DNA of 63,601 bases, the filler included, from Myxococcota bacterium (GTDB lineage Bacteria > Myxococcota_C > UBA6777), in NCBI GenBank assembly GCA_023150835.1. It is 3 parts of 3 records of this genome, joined end to end, with 100 filler letters (N's around TTAATTAATTAA, not from the genome) between each part and the next. Parts side by side here need not be neighbours in the genome. Positions count along the whole stretch, not along the records: positions 1 to 26,931 come from JAKLKB010000093.1; 2 more parts are not named here. One strand, given 5' to 3'. The notes beneath the pieces are model-generated. The model did no database searches, had not been told where the DNA came from, and was given only the letters and a program-made list of their open reading frames with translations. Shown piece after piece: positions 1 through 10,626 of the stretch. Both the position numbers and the translations under genes were made by a program. The first letter of the stretch is position 1, and every line of letters begins with the position of its first letter.

Positions 1-137
1 AAGTACGGAAAGTACGGAAAGTACGGAAAGTACGGAAAGTACGGAAAGTACGGAAAGTACGGAAAGTACGGAAAGTACGGAAAGTACGGAAAGTACGGAA
101 AGTACGGAAAGTACGGAAAGTACGGAAAGTACGGAAA
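1..137. repeat. Perfect 9-bp tandem repeat (AAGTACGGA)n, >=15 copies, truncated by window start
   Basis: Directly visible; ends about 10 bp from the mutS stop codon. Confidence 0.97.
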
Positions 138-146
138 TTGGTGTGA

Positions 147-2780
147 TCAAGGTGCTTTGGGTTCGGAGAGGCGCTTTTTCCAATTGTAGAGAAGTTGAAG
201 GGCTTCCATGGGAGAAAAGCCGTTGAGGTCGAGATCTTCGAGTTCGTCTTCGAGGAAGGAGCGAGTGGTTTCTTCGACGATGACGGGTGCAAAGAGGGAC
301 ATTTGGTTGCGGGTTTGTTGCATTTGGCGGAGGTTGCCGAGGTGTTCGGTGTTGGGGAGTTTCCCTTCTTCGAGAGAGGCGAGGATACGGATAGAACGGC
401 GGACAACGCTTGCGGGCATTCCAGCGAGGCGGGCGACTTGGATGCCGTAGGAGTGGTTGGTACCGCCTTCGACGAGGCGATGTAAGAAGGCGATATCTTT
501 GCCTTGTTCTTGGACAGCGATGCTCATATTGCGCAGTTGTGGGAGAGAGTGTTCGAGTTCGGTGAGTTCGTGGTAATGGGTGGCAAACAAGGTGCGGCAT
601 TGGGTGCGGTTGTGGAGGTGTTCTGCGACAGCCCACGCGATCGAGATCCCATCGAAGGTGCTGGTTCCTCGACCGATCTCGTCGAGGATGACGAGGCTTT
701 TGGAGGTTGCGTTGTGGAGGATATTGGCGGTTTCGGTCATCTCGACCATAAAGGTGGACTGTCCACTTGCGAGGTTGTCGGAGGCACCGACGCGGGTAAA
801 GATGCGATCGCAGATGCCCAAGGAGGCGGATTTGGCGGGGACAAAGCAGCCGATTTGGGCCATTAGAGCGATCAATGCGGCTTGGCGCATGATCGTGGAT
901 TTTCCCGACATATTGGGTCCAGTCAACAAGATAAACTGGCCTTTTTCGGGGTGCATGGACAAGTCGTTGGGGACAAAGCCGCCTGTGGGGAGCATCTGTT
1001 CGACGACGGGATGTCGGCCAGCTTCGATCTGGATCTCGGAGGTGTCGGAGAGAGTGGGGCGTGTGTAATCGTTGCGTACGGAGACTTCGGCAAAAGTGGA
1101 GAGCGCGTCGAGCGTAGCAAGCTGGTCTGCGAGTTTGCCGATGGCTGCGCTATGTTCGCAGACGCGGGTGCGCAGAGCAAAGAAAAGCTCTTGTTCGAGT
1201 TCCCATGCGCGCTCTTCGGCCCCCAAGATGCTCAGTTGGTAATCGTCGAGTTCTTCGGTGGTAAAGCGCTCTTCGTTGACGAGCGTTTGTTTGCGGCGGA
1301 AGTAATCAGGGACGAGGTGTCGGTTGGCTTTGGTGACAGAGAAGGAGTATCCGAGGTTTTTGTGAAATTTGAGGCCGAGTGAGCGGATGCCCGTTTTTTG
1401 GCGTTCGGCCTCCATGATCTGATCGAGTCCTTTTTTGCCGTCACGAGCGAGGGTGCGCTGTTTGTCGAGATCGGGATCAAAGCCTTCGCGGACAAAGCCC
1501 GGATCTTTGATCAAGGCGGGAGCATCGTCGTTGAGGACTTGTCGGATATCGGCAGCGACGTGATCGAGTGGATCCATCTTGAGGAAAGGGGCGAGGACTT
1601 CGTTTTGATGGGTGTGGAGAGGGTGGAGGAGCTGGAGGATCTGCGGGACGGCTTCAAGCGAGGTCCTCAAAGAAACAAGGTCTTTGGGTGAAGCGATCCC
1701 GGAGGAGACTTTTCCGTTGAGGCGCTCCATATCGGCGATGTACTTGAGGGAGGCGCGGAGATCTTCGCGGGCCATCCCTTGATGCACGAAGCACTCGACC
1801 ACATCAAGGCGTCGATGGATCCGCTCGGCGTGGATAAGCGGGTAAAGCAGCCATTGTTTGAGTTTTCGGCCCCCCATGCCTGTGACCGAGCGATCCAACA
1901 ACCCAAATAAAGCGTTTCGCCGTGTGCGCTCGCGCATACTCTCCAAGATCTCAAGATTGGAAAGCGTCGATTGATCGAGGATCATGTAATCTTGGATCTG
2001 GTAGGGTACCAACTTGGCGATGTGGGGTGGGTCGCTTTTTTGGGTTTCTTGGACATAACCGAGCAAGGCCGAAGCACAGCGCACCCCCGCATCCATCTCG
2101 ATGATCCCGAAACCTTCGAGGCTTGCGATCTGAAAATGGCGGCACAACCGCTGTTCTCCTTCGCGCAACGCAAACTCTCGTCCTTCGCGCCATGTCACGC
2201 GCAACTTGTCGAGGCGTGCCACAAACTCATCCGCGATCGGAGTCTCTTTTTGATCTTCGCTCATCAAGATCTCGCGAGGCTGGATGCGTTGAAGCTCCAT
2301 CAACAGATCTTCTGCGGGCAACTCCGTTGCACGAAACTCCCCCGTTGTCAGATCCAAACAACCCAATCCGCTGCTCTTTCGCGCAAAAAACACCGCTGCG
2401 ATGTAAAGGTTGGCGCGTGAGTCCAGATCATCCGAATCCAGCACCATCCCGGGCGTGACGATCCGCGTCACTTCGCGCCGAACCAGCCCCTTGGCTTGCT
2501 TTGCATCTTCCACCTGATCACAGATCACCACCGTATGGCCGTTTTCAACGAGCCGATTGATGTAGCTTCGGTGTGCGTGGTGTGGGATCCCCGCCATTGG
2601 GATATCCTCGTCCCCCGCTTTGTTGCGGCTGGTTAACGCGATCCCCAAAACATCCGAACAAGTCTCTGCATCCTCGTAAAACATCTCGAAGAAGTCGCCC
2701 ATTCGAAAAAAGATGATCGCTTCGGGGTATTGGACTTTGACTTCCATGTACTGGCGCATCATGGGTGTCAACTTTTCCAT
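147..2780 (-). CDS. mutS: DNA mismatch repair protein MutS
   Basis: TPMMRQY start region, FRMGDFFEMF mismatch-binding motif, P-loop TGPNMSGKST, DEIGRGTST, ATHYHEL; start placed at MEKLTP (ORF open to 2888). Confidence 0.97.
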   Translation of the reverse strand: MEKLTPMMRQYMEVKVQYPEAIIFFRMGDFFEMFYEDAETCSDVLGIALTSRNKAGDEDIPMAGIPHHAHRSYINRLVENGHTVVICDQVEDAKQAKGLVRREVTRIVTPGMVLDSDDLDSRANLYIAAVFFARKSSGLGCLDLTTGEFRATELPAEDLLMELQRIQPREILMSEDQKETPIADEFVARLDKLRVTWREGREFALREGEQRLCRHFQIASLEGFGIIEMDAGVRCASALLGYVQETQKSDPPHIAKLVPYQIQDYMILDQSTLSNLEILESMRERTRRNALFGLLDRSVTGMGGRKLKQWLLYPLIHAERIHRRLDVVECFVHQGMAREDLRASLKYIADMERLNGKVSSGIASPKDLVSLRTSLEAVPQILQLLHPLHTHQNEVLAPFLKMDPLDHVAADIRQVLNDDAPALIKDPGFVREGFDPDLDKQRTLARDGKKGLDQIMEAERQKTGIRSLGLKFHKNLGYSFSVTKANRHLVPDYFRRKQTLVNEERFTTEELDDYQLSILGAEERAWELEQELFFALRTRVCEHSAAIGKLADQLATLDALSTFAEVSVRNDYTRPTLSDTSEIQIEAGRHPVVEQMLPTGGFVPNDLSMHPEKGQFILLTGPNMSGKSTIMRQAALIALMAQIGCFVPAKSASLGICDRIFTRVGASDNLASGQSTFMVEMTETANILHNATSKSLVILDEIGRGTSTFDGISIAWAVAEHLHNRTQCRTLFATHYHELTELEHSLPQLRNMSIAVQEQGKDIAFLHRLVEGGTNHSYGIQVARLAGMPASVVRRSIRILASLEEGKLPNTEHLGNLRQMQQTRNQMSLFAPVIVEETTRSFLEDELEDLDLNGFSPMEALQLLYNWKKRLSEPKAP

Positions 2781-3259
2781 GTCGACTTGGAGCGGCGTTT
2801 GAGACGACAAGGTGGCTTCCTCCTTCGATTTGGGGGGCGGAGTCTCTCGCTTGGTTTGTTGTTGCGCGACACATCCATGCCTATACACAAGACCTGTCTT
2901 CTGTACAACAACACAATGTCACCCCGCGAACACGTCTTTCTTTTTCACCGGGTGACGCATGGCGGATGAAGAAAGGGTTGACCGTTGGGCGCGTCTGGCC
3001 CAAAATACCCACGTTTTGCAGCGATCTCTTGGATCGATGTGGTGCTTTTGTTTGCGGGCTTCTTGGCTTGCGGCTTGTCTTGGGCTATAGTCTGTTCTTC
3101 TTGTTGTACTGCGCTTTGCTCTTTTGTTTGCCGAGCGCCCTTCTTTGGTTGAAGGGGATGCCTTCTCCCTCGGCAAACACCGTCTGAAATCAGGTAGCGT
3201 TCGTCCTTCGGGGCGGACGAGCATTGAAACCCAACGCACGTAGACTCGGAGGCTTTTCG

Positions 3260-4117
3260 ATGGATGCCTTTCTTCTCACCGTGATGATCGCCGGTGGATT
3301 GGTTCTCGCTGTCGCGCTGCTCGCAATCATCGTCTCTCTCGTTGAATCCAGCGGACGCCGCAAGCGATTGCGTCAACTCCAAGAACTCCGTGAGGGGCCT
3401 TCTGCGTTGCGCTTGCCTAAACCTCCCTCCGCACCACCTCCACGCGCCTTTACCCCCCAACTTCCCGCGTTGGAGATCCCGTTCGATTCCCCCGCACCTC
3501 CCGCTCCCCGCGCCGCTCCAGCCAAACTGACCGAAGAGATCTCCTCGTTTCGTCCTGTTTCTTCGGCCCTTGACGATCTACCCCTCTCTCCCGTCGAAGC
3601 CGAACCTCCCGCCAAGCCCGCTGCCTTCACTCCCACAACCCGCTCCTATTCGCCCAAACAAACCCTGAGCTTTTTTCCCGATGACAACGACAACTCCCTC
3701 TCCGCTTTGACCTCTCCCGGCCAACGCGCTACCCCCATCGAAAGAGCCGTTGAACCCACACTCGACGAACCTCGCCATGATCTCGGACTCTCCGCTTCCG
3801 CGCCCCTGCCCCCCACCCCCAAGGCCCTCGCAAGCGAAAGCAAAAGCATCCTGTACCTTGATCCAGACTTTGAACTCGCCGAAGTCAAGCGCGTCTTGCG
3901 CATCTGGCAGATGACCCCCTCCGCCTCCGAAAACTTGCCCCCCAACCAGATGGGCCGCTGGCTGTGCGAAGACGGAACCCTTGTCGAACTGCTCGTCGGC
4001 GAAAAAGGCTACCCCTATCTCGATATCCGTGGCCCGATGGCCAATGACCTCGCTCGTTATCTCCCCCAAGATCTCCCCATCCGACCCGATCTCGCCAGCC
4101 TCGCCGAAATGAGCTAA
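3260..4117 (+). CDS. Hypothetical membrane-anchored Pro-rich protein
   Basis: GGAGG RBS before ATG 3260; N-terminal TM helix, Pro/Ser-rich linker, small globular C-terminal domain. Confidence 0.75.
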   Translation: MDAFLLTVMIAGGLVLAVALLAIIVSLVESSGRRKRLRQLQELREGPSALRLPKPPSAPPPRAFTPQLPALEIPFDSPAPPAPRAAPAKLTEEISSFRPVSSALDDLPLSPVEAEPPAKPAAFTPTTRSYSPKQTLSFFPDDNDNSLSALTSPGQRATPIERAVEPTLDEPRHDLGLSASAPLPPTPKALASESKSILYLDPDFELAEVKRVLRIWQMTPSASENLPPNQMGRWLCEDGTLVELLVGEKGYPYLDIRGPMANDLARYLPQDLPIRPDLASLAEMS

Positions 4118-4136
4118 CCCACAAAACATCCAACAG

Positions 4137-4307
4137 CTTATCGGGATACCTTTGGGGCAATGTACGGGCGGGGAGCGCCTTATCGGGATGCCTTTGGGGC
4201 AATGTACGGGCGGGGAGCGCCTTATCGGGATGCCTTTTGGGCAATGTACGGGCGGGGAGCGCCTTATCGGGATGCCTTTTGGGCAATGTACGGGCGGGGA
4301 GCGCCTT
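4137..4307. repeat. 42-bp tandem repeat, 4 copies
   Basis: Unit CTTATCGGGATGCCTTTGGGGCAATGTACGGGCGGGGAGCGC, no spacers. Confidence 0.95.
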
Positions 4308-4308
4308 G

Positions 4309-4437
4309 GACGAAACCCCCGCGTTCGCGGTAGTTCGAGCGAGAGAGTTGTTGGTGTGAAAAACGTTTGATTCGTTCGCCGATATGGGGGTCAAGGGAGC
4401 GGTGCTCCCTTGTGGGGTGTGGGGCAAAGCCCCACAA
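4309..4437 (+). repeat. Dispersed ~125-bp multi-hairpin element, copy A
   Basis: GTTCGCG...TGAAAAAC...GGGGTCAAGGGAGC-GGT-GCTCCCTTG-TGGGGT-GTGGGGC-AAA-GCCCCAC; homologous to copies at 26081, 31169, 40072, 45090. Confidence 0.85.
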
Positions 4438-4466
4438 CAACCAACAGCCTATTTATTTGATGGGGA

Positions 4467-7400
4467 TCAGGGGGTGGTGGGGCGTTTGGGGGTGGGGTGG
4501 GTGGTTTCTTTGGGGTGGTAGTAGAGGATAAGTTCTTTGGAGCCGACGAAGTGCTTGGTTTCGCGGGCAACGACGATGACGGAGTTTCGGCCTTTTTTGA
4601 GTTGAATGGGGAGGCTGAATTGGAGTTTGGGGAGGTTGCGCAGGGAGCGGTAGAAGATCTTGTCGCCGTTGACGAGGATATAGGTGTCAAGGAGAGGGAC
4701 GTTGTTTTGGATGGAGCCTTGGAGTCGGAAAGAGGGTGAGGTAAGGTGAAGGGGTTGGTTGGGGAGCTTGAAGGAGATCTCGGGCGTTTTGTACTGCCAG
4801 AGGGGGCTGACCTTTTGGGCGGAGGGGCTTGGTTTTTTGGCGAAGGGTTCGACGTCTCGGGCAAGGACCCAAAAGGTCAAGGGTGGTGCGGGATCGGGTT
4901 TGATGACATCGTTGGGTGGTGGGACGGGTTGGGTGATGGCCGAAGGGGGAAGGGAGACGCGATAGAAGGGTCCAAGGCGTCCGTTGGTGCGAAGGGCGGT
5001 GCCTTGTTTGGCGAAGGCGATCTTGGGGGCATCGAGGGCGGCACCGCTGAGGAGTCGGGTGGTGCGTTCGGAGACACGGATCCAGCGTTGTTTGATATCC
5101 ATGGGGGCGATATCTTCGTTGCGGATAGGGAGGTGGAGGCGATCTTGGACGGAGGTGAAGAGTTCGCCGTCCATGAGCTTGAGGCGGATATCGAGGGCTT
5201 TTTTCATGTAGACGTCTTTTTCGACGCGGAAGAGAAAAGAGCCTGTTCGCCATTGGTTGGGGGAGAGGGAGCCAAAGACAACACGACCTTGTTGGATAAA
5301 GAGTTCGCTGCCGCCTTCGTTGCTGATCTCGCCGACGAGTTGGAGGGATTTTCCGGGGCCTTGGTTTCGGACAGAGACGTGCATGGCAAAGGTTTCGCCG
5401 GGTTGGACGAGTCCATCGCCGTTGCCGTTGATCTCTTGGAGAAAATAAGAAAAGGCAAAATGAGGTCGTGGTAGCCCTTGTATAGGGAGGAGGAGGTTTT
5501 TGTTTTGTTGGAGTTTGTTGGAACCGAGGATGGATATCTCGATGGGATGGACTTGGGTGTTGACCCATTTGGGTAGTTTGATCTCAGCGGTCCATCGGCG
5601 TGTTTGTTTGGGCGGGACGTGTCCGAAGATAAACTCGCGTCGATTGAGGAACCAGAAGGAGGACTTGGTGACGGCGCGGACGCGGTAGGCAGGGGTTTTT
5701 GCGTTGTTTCGGAGGGTGATCTGGAGTTGATAAGCGCCACCTGCGAGGATGCGGCCATTTTGGAGTTTGGAGAAGGCTTTGTCTTTGTCTTTGCTGTCTT
5801 TGCCGTTGATGGGGATGAGTTTATAGGAGAGAGAGAGAGAAGGCGGTTCGGCGGGGGCTGTTTTCCACGAGATACCGATTTTTTTGAGGGCGGTGTGGAT
5901 CTTTTGTTTTTCGGCTTCTTTGGTTTTTTGGAGGAGAGGCAGAGCAGCGTTGTACATTTTGAGGCGCTCGGAGGACTCGGATTTGGAGAGGAGCGTGTGA
6001 GCGAGTTTGATCTCAAAGTCCATCTGGAGCTTTTTGTCTTCTTTGTAGTCGTCAGCGGCGGAGGGTTTCTTTTTTTCTTCGTTGTCGAGATAGCCGAGGC
6101 GGAACATGGCGGTGCGTTGTTCACGGACGCCTTTGAGGTAAGCGGGAAGTTTTTTGCCGTTGGTCTTGCGGGGTTTTTCTTCAAAAAGCTGCACTTGATC
6201 TTTGTGGATATGAACGGGACTGAGAGAGATATCAGGGGCGACGCCGATATCTTGGATGGAGATGTTTCCGGGGGTGAGGTATTGGGCGACGGTGAGTTTG
6301 AGGGCGGTGCGTTCGGGGCTAAAGCGCGAGATGATCGGATAAAGGATCTGGACAGTGCCTTTGCCGTAGGTGCGTTGTCCGAGGACGAGAGCACGGTTGT
6401 TGTTTTTGAGCGCGCCCGCGACGATCTCGGAAGCCGAAGCGGAGCCGTTGTTGACGAGGACAACGATGGGATAGTCGGGTTGTGTGTCGACGTAAGTGGC
6501 GTATCGCTCGCTGGGTGGGGAAGAACCGCCAGCGTGGGCAACGATCATGCCTTTGGAGAGGAAAGCGTCGGAGACACGGATGGCTTGGTCGAGGAGTCCG
6601 CCCGGGTTGTCGCGCAGGTCGAGGATCAAGCCACGCAGCTTTTTGACTTTGAGGGACATCCGTTCGAGAGCAGCGAGCATCTCGCTGGTGGTGTCTTGTT
6701 GGAAGTTTTTGATTTGGATGTAGGCGACGTCGTCTTCGAGCAGATGGGAACTGACGCTCTTGACGCGGATAATGGCGCGGACAAGACGAAAAGGGCGAGG
6801 CTGACTGAAGCTTTTGCGCATGACCCAGATCACGACGGGGGTTCCGGGATCACCGCGAAGTTTGTTGACGGCGGCGTTGAGGTCCATGTTGATGGTGGAT
6901 TCATCACCGATGCGGACAATGCGGTCTTTGGAGCGAAGTCCTGCGCGAGCCGCCGGGGTGTCGGGCATGGGGCTGACGATGGTGATGTAGCCTTCTTGAC
7001 TTTGGATCACGATGCCAAGGCCGCCGAACTTGCCGCTGGTGTGGATGTTCATGTCTTTGTAGAAAGAGGGCGGCAGAAAAGCGGTGTGGACATCGAGTGT
7101 GCGGAGCATACCGTTGATGGCGGAAAACTCGATATTTCGGAGTTTTACGTCACCGCGATAGTGCTGTTTGATAAAGGCAAAGACGGGTTGGAGTTGGTAG
7201 GGGACATCCGAGATGACGCGGGTGGGAGGAAGCGGAAAGGTTTTGGAGCGCTGATCGATATGGATCGTGACGCTGCTGTGGTCTTTGGCGAATTGGACCA
7301 TGATGGCGGGGACGGTGGATTGGAGTTGTTTGAGCGCCTCGTAGAGCATCTTTTGTGGGTTGACTTGTTGTGGGTCGACGTAGTTTTTTTCGACGAGCCA

Positions 7401-7556
7401 AACGACCTTTTTGACATAGAACATATCGGTGAAGCGGTAGCCCCCAAATTGGGCGTGTGCAGCAGGAACAAGAGAAACCCACGAGGGCGAAGTCCATCCG
7501 CCCCACAGGCTCAACGCAAAGAAGGCGATGAGCGCTGTTCGTGTACGTCGTTGCAT
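4467..7556 (-). CDS. S41 family carboxy-terminal processing protease with PDZ domain and long C-terminal extension (MXAN_5808-like)
   Basis: FGGLGI PDZ motif, DLRDNPGG, SASASEIV (catalytic Ser), TYGKGTVQ (Lys); signal peptide ending AHA; GGAGG RBS before ATG 7556. Confidence 0.92.
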   Translation of the reverse strand: MQRRTRTALIAFFALSLWGGWTSPSWVSLVPAAHAQFGGYRFTDMFYVKKVVWLVEKNYVDPQQVNPQKMLYEALKQLQSTVPAIMVQFAKDHSSVTIHIDQRSKTFPLPPTRVISDVPYQLQPVFAFIKQHYRGDVKLRNIEFSAINGMLRTLDVHTAFLPPSFYKDMNIHTSGKFGGLGIVIQSQEGYITIVSPMPDTPAARAGLRSKDRIVRIGDESTINMDLNAAVNKLRGDPGTPVVIWVMRKSFSQPRPFRLVRAIIRVKSVSSHLLEDDVAYIQIKNFQQDTTSEMLAALERMSLKVKKLRGLILDLRDNPGGLLDQAIRVSDAFLSKGMIVAHAGGSSPPSERYATYVDTQPDYPIVVLVNNGSASASEIVAGALKNNNRALVLGQRTYGKGTVQILYPIISRFSPERTALKLTVAQYLTPGNISIQDIGVAPDISLSPVHIHKDQVQLFEEKPRKTNGKKLPAYLKGVREQRTAMFRLGYLDNEEKKKPSAADDYKEDKKLQMDFEIKLAHTLLSKSESSERLKMYNAALPLLQKTKEAEKQKIHTALKKIGISWKTAPAEPPSLSLSYKLIPINGKDSKDKDKAFSKLQNGRILAGGAYQLQITLRNNAKTPAYRVRAVTKSSFWFLNRREFIFGHVPPKQTRRWTAEIKLPKWVNTQVHPIEISILGSNKLQQNKNLLLPIQGLPRPHFAFSYFLQEINGNGDGLVQPGETFAMHVSVRNQGPGKSLQLVGEISNEGGSELFIQQGRVVFGSLSPNQWRTGSFLFRVEKDVYMKKALDIRLKLMDGELFTSVQDRLHLPIRNEDIAPMDIKQRWIRVSERTTRLLSGAALDAPKIAFAKQGTALRTNGRLGPFYRVSLPPSAITQPVPPPNDVIKPDPAPPLTFWVLARDVEPFAKKPSPSAQKVSPLWQYKTPEISFKLPNQPLHLTSPSFRLQGSIQNNVPLLDTYILVNGDKIFYRSLRNLPKLQFSLPIQLKKGRNSVIVVARETKHFVGSKELILYYHPKETTHPTPKRPTTP

Positions 7557-7772
7557 CCGTGACCTCCGGTCTTGGAAAGAGCAAAGTTGCAGAGTGAACA
7601 CAAGCGGCAGCATAGCAGAGCGCCAACCGCTTGCGAAGGTGCTTTTGCTTGAACAAAAGCTCGCTTCAAAAGATGCCCAGCGTGGGCGACCGATGCAACA
7701 AGGTGGCGCAAAGCAGGTGGATTTGCAAGCGAGAACAGCAAAGCGGAGACCGCTGTTTGGAGGATGTTCGTA

Positions 7773-9209
7773 CTAGCGTTTGGGAGCGGCGAAGTGGGCG
7801 CAGGTTCCGAGGGCGATCTCAGCGGCTTCGAGGATGGATTCGGAGAGGGTGGGGTGAGCGTGGATGGTGTGTCCGATATCGTCGATGAAGGCGTCAAGTT
7901 CGAGAGCAAGAGTGCCTTCGCCGATGAGTTCGCCAGCTTGGGGTCCAGCGAGGTGGACACCGAGCAAGCGTTGGGAGTCGAGATCGACGACCACTTTGGT
8001 CAAGCCATCGGGTGCGCCAAGGGTCATGGCGCGCCCGGAGGCTTTGAGAGGGAAGACACCGACTTGGACGTTGTATCCGGCAGAACGGGCTTGGGCTTCG
8101 GTGAGGCCGACGGTAGCGATCTCGGGATCGGTAAACATCACCGCAGGGACGACGCGAACGTCGTAAGCAGCGGGATGTCCAGCGATCACTTCGGCGGCGA
8201 CTTTGGCTTCGCGGTAGGCTTTGTGTGCAAGCATCGGTTGTTCGGTGATGTCGCCGATCGCGAAGATGTGGGGGAGGGCGGTGCGCCGTTCGATATCGAC
8301 TTGGACAAAGCCTTGGGGGGTGGTTTGGAGGCCGATGGATGGGAGATCGAGAGCGGCGGTGTTGGGCCTTCGTCCGACCGCAACAAGGACTTTGTTTGCG
8401 GGAAGAGTGAGGCGCTTGCCGTCTTTGTCTTCGACGACGACTTCGCCGGGTTGACCGGCCTTTGCGGAGATGGCTTTGTGTTGGAGCAACACGTTGATAC
8501 CGAGTTGCTTGCAACGTTTGTTGAGCAGGGTGTTGATCTCGGGTTCGAGGCTGCCGCCAAGAAGCTGATCGAGCATCTCGACAACGGTGACATCGGAGCC
8601 GAGCTTGCGGTACGCGGTGCCGAGTTCAAGGCCGATGTATCCGCCCCCAATCACGACGAGCTTTTCGGGGACTTGTTCGAGGTCAAGGGCTTCGCGGCTG
8701 CCGATCACAAACTGTCCGTCGCAAGGCAGAAAGGGGAGTTCGATGGCGGTGGTTCCCGTGGCAAGGACAGCTTGTTGAAAGTCGATCATCGACGGGCGGC
8801 CATCCAACATGACCTCGACTTGGTGGGTTCCGACAAAGCGGGCTGTACCTTGCATGACGCGCACACCATTCATTTTTTGCATGGTGGCGACGCCGCCTGT
8901 AAGGCGTTTGACAACGCTGTCTTTCCACGCTTTGAGTTTGGGCATATCGAGACGTGGAGGCGAATCGATGTGGATGCCCATGCTGTCGGCGTGTCGGATA
9001 TGTTCCAAGGTTTCAGCCGCGTGGATCAGGGCTTTGGAGGGGATGCAGCCTTCGTTGAGGCAGACTCCACCGAGGCTTGCGCGGGACTCGACGAGGATCA
9101 CGTCTTTGCCCAGTTGAGCGAGGCGGATCGCACAGACGTATCCGCCCGGTCCAGCGCCGATCACGACAACATCACAAGCTTCGGAGGAATTGACGTTTCC
9201 TACAACCAT
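7773..9209 (-). CDS. lpdA: Dihydrolipoyl dehydrogenase (E3)
   Basis: GAGPGGY, GGVCLNEGCIPSK redox disulfide, GGGYIGLE, HAHPTLSE. Confidence 0.97.
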   Translation of the reverse strand: MVVGNVNSSEACDVVVIGAGPGGYVCAIRLAQLGKDVILVESRASLGGVCLNEGCIPSKALIHAAETLEHIRHADSMGIHIDSPPRLDMPKLKAWKDSVVKRLTGGVATMQKMNGVRVMQGTARFVGTHQVEVMLDGRPSMIDFQQAVLATGTTAIELPFLPCDGQFVIGSREALDLEQVPEKLVVIGGGYIGLELGTAYRKLGSDVTVVEMLDQLLGGSLEPEINTLLNKRCKQLGINVLLQHKAISAKAGQPGEVVVEDKDGKRLTLPANKVLVAVGRRPNTAALDLPSIGLQTTPQGFVQVDIERRTALPHIFAIGDITEQPMLAHKAYREAKVAAEVIAGHPAAYDVRVVPAVMFTDPEIATVGLTEAQARSAGYNVQVGVFPLKASGRAMTLGAPDGLTKVVVDLDSQRLLGVHLAGPQAGELIGEGTLALELDAFIDDIGHTIHAHPTLSESILEAAEIALGTCAHFAAPKR

Positions 9210-9221
9210 GATCTTTCCTTC

Positions 9222-10625
9222 CTAGAAGCGTGTGAAGAGGTAAGCGGGTTCAGCAAGCATCTCCGCAAGCGTGCGCATAAAACGCGCAGCATCGGCCCCG
9301 TCGATCAGTTGGTGATCGAAAGAAGTGCTGAGGTACATGCGTTTGCGGATGCAGATCTGCCCATCGACGACAGCGGGGCGATCTTCGATCTTGTGCAGTC
9401 CGAGGATCGCAAGTTCGGGATAGTTGATGATCGGGGTGGCAAAGACGCCACCGACAGGGCCGATGTTGGTGATGGTATAGCTACCACCGCGCATCTCTTC
9501 GATCTTGAGGGTGCGTTCGCGTGCGCGCTTTGCGAGGTCGCGGATCTCGCGGGCAAGCGTCAGGATATCTTTGCGATCCGCATCTTTGATCACGGGAACC
9601 ACGAGACCTTCGGGGGTGTCGACGGCGATCCCGATGTTGTAATATTTTTTGTAGAGGAGCTCGCCTTTTTGGGCGTCGTAGCTTGCGTTAAAGATCGGAA
9701 AGTCTTTGAGGCAAGCGATGGTGGCTTTGATAAAGAAGGGGAGCGGCGTCAGCTTGATATCGCGCTTGGCGAGGCTCTTTTTGGAGCCTTCGATATGCTC
9801 AAAAAGAGCCGTGACATCGGCTTCTTCGACGTGTGTGACATGCACAAGCTGTTGGCGCGAGATCGCCATCTGTTCGGCGATCTTGCGTCGGAGGAAAGTT
9901 TGTGGGACGCGCTCGACTGGGCCGTGTGTGGTGATCTCGATGTTTTTTGTCGGGGCTGCCGAAGTTGCGGGCGTTGTGGCCTCGACGGGGGCGCGAGCCG
10001 TGTAAGCTTGTGCGGGGGCTTCGATCTGTGCGGAGACTTGTTGGTGAATTGGGGCTGTGTGCGCAAAAGAGACCGAGGAGGGGCCGTTTGCAGCGGCTTG
10101 GATATCTTCGTCGGTGATGCGGCCACCGCGTCCTGTACCTTGGATGCGTGTGATGTCAACGCCCATCTGACGGGCGACAGCGCGAGTGTGGGGTGTCGCA
10201 AGGACATCTTGGGGGCGCTTTGCAGGCGCGGGGGCGACAGATGGGGCCGAAGCGACAGACGAAGCAGGAGCGGCAACAGAAGTCGATGCAGTTGTTTTGG
10301 CCGATGCAGCGGAGGTTTGAGCGGATGGTGCTGTTTTGGTTGCGGGCGCGTCGTGGTGAGCGGGGGCAGGCGCGGGAGCGGAGCCTTGGAGTTCAAAGAA
10401 GGCGATGGGATCGCCTACATGGATGATCTCACCGGGATTTCCTTTGAGTTGGGTGATGACGCCGCTCACAGGGGAGGGAAGTTCGACGACAGCCTTGTCC
10501 GTTTCGAAACGGACGAGGGGTTGGTCTTCTTTGATGGAATCACCGACTTTGGCGAGCCATTCGACAAGCTGGCCTTCGTGGATCCCTTCGCCGACATCAG
10601 GCAAGAGGAAGGTATATTGGGCCAT
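9222..10625 (-). CDS. pdhC: 2-oxoacid dehydrogenase E2, dihydrolipoamide acyltransferase
   Basis: Single lipoyl domain ETDKAVVE, E3-binding GTGRGGRI, catalytic DHQLIDG. Confidence 0.93.
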   Translation of the reverse strand: MAQYTFLLPDVGEGIHEGQLVEWLAKVGDSIKEDQPLVRFETDKAVVELPSPVSGVITQLKGNPGEIIHVGDPIAFFELQGSAPAPAPAHHDAPATKTAPSAQTSAASAKTTASTSVAAPASSVASAPSVAPAPAKRPQDVLATPHTRAVARQMGVDITRIQGTGRGGRITDEDIQAAANGPSSVSFAHTAPIHQQVSAQIEAPAQAYTARAPVEATTPATSAAPTKNIEITTHGPVERVPQTFLRRKIAEQMAISRQQLVHVTHVEEADVTALFEHIEGSKKSLAKRDIKLTPLPFFIKATIACLKDFPIFNASYDAQKGELLYKKYYNIGIAVDTPEGLVVPVIKDADRKDILTLAREIRDLAKRARERTLKIEEMRGGSYTITNIGPVGGVFATPIINYPELAILGLHKIEDRPAVVDGQICIRKRMYLSTSFDHQLIDGADAARFMRTLAEMLAEPAYLFTRF

Positions 10626-10626
10626 A

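Noticed and set aside
1-2780. Defective mutS as the cause of repeat abundance
   Set aside because: The mutS frame and key motifs are intact, and MutS does not efficiently repair loops as large as these repeat units
2919-3239. Small ORFs between mutS and the gene at 3260 (either strand)
   Set aside because: No convincing RBS or motif; region likely holds divergent promoters
5604-7562. 652-aa plus-strand ORF
   Set aside because: Antisense shadow of the S41 protease gene
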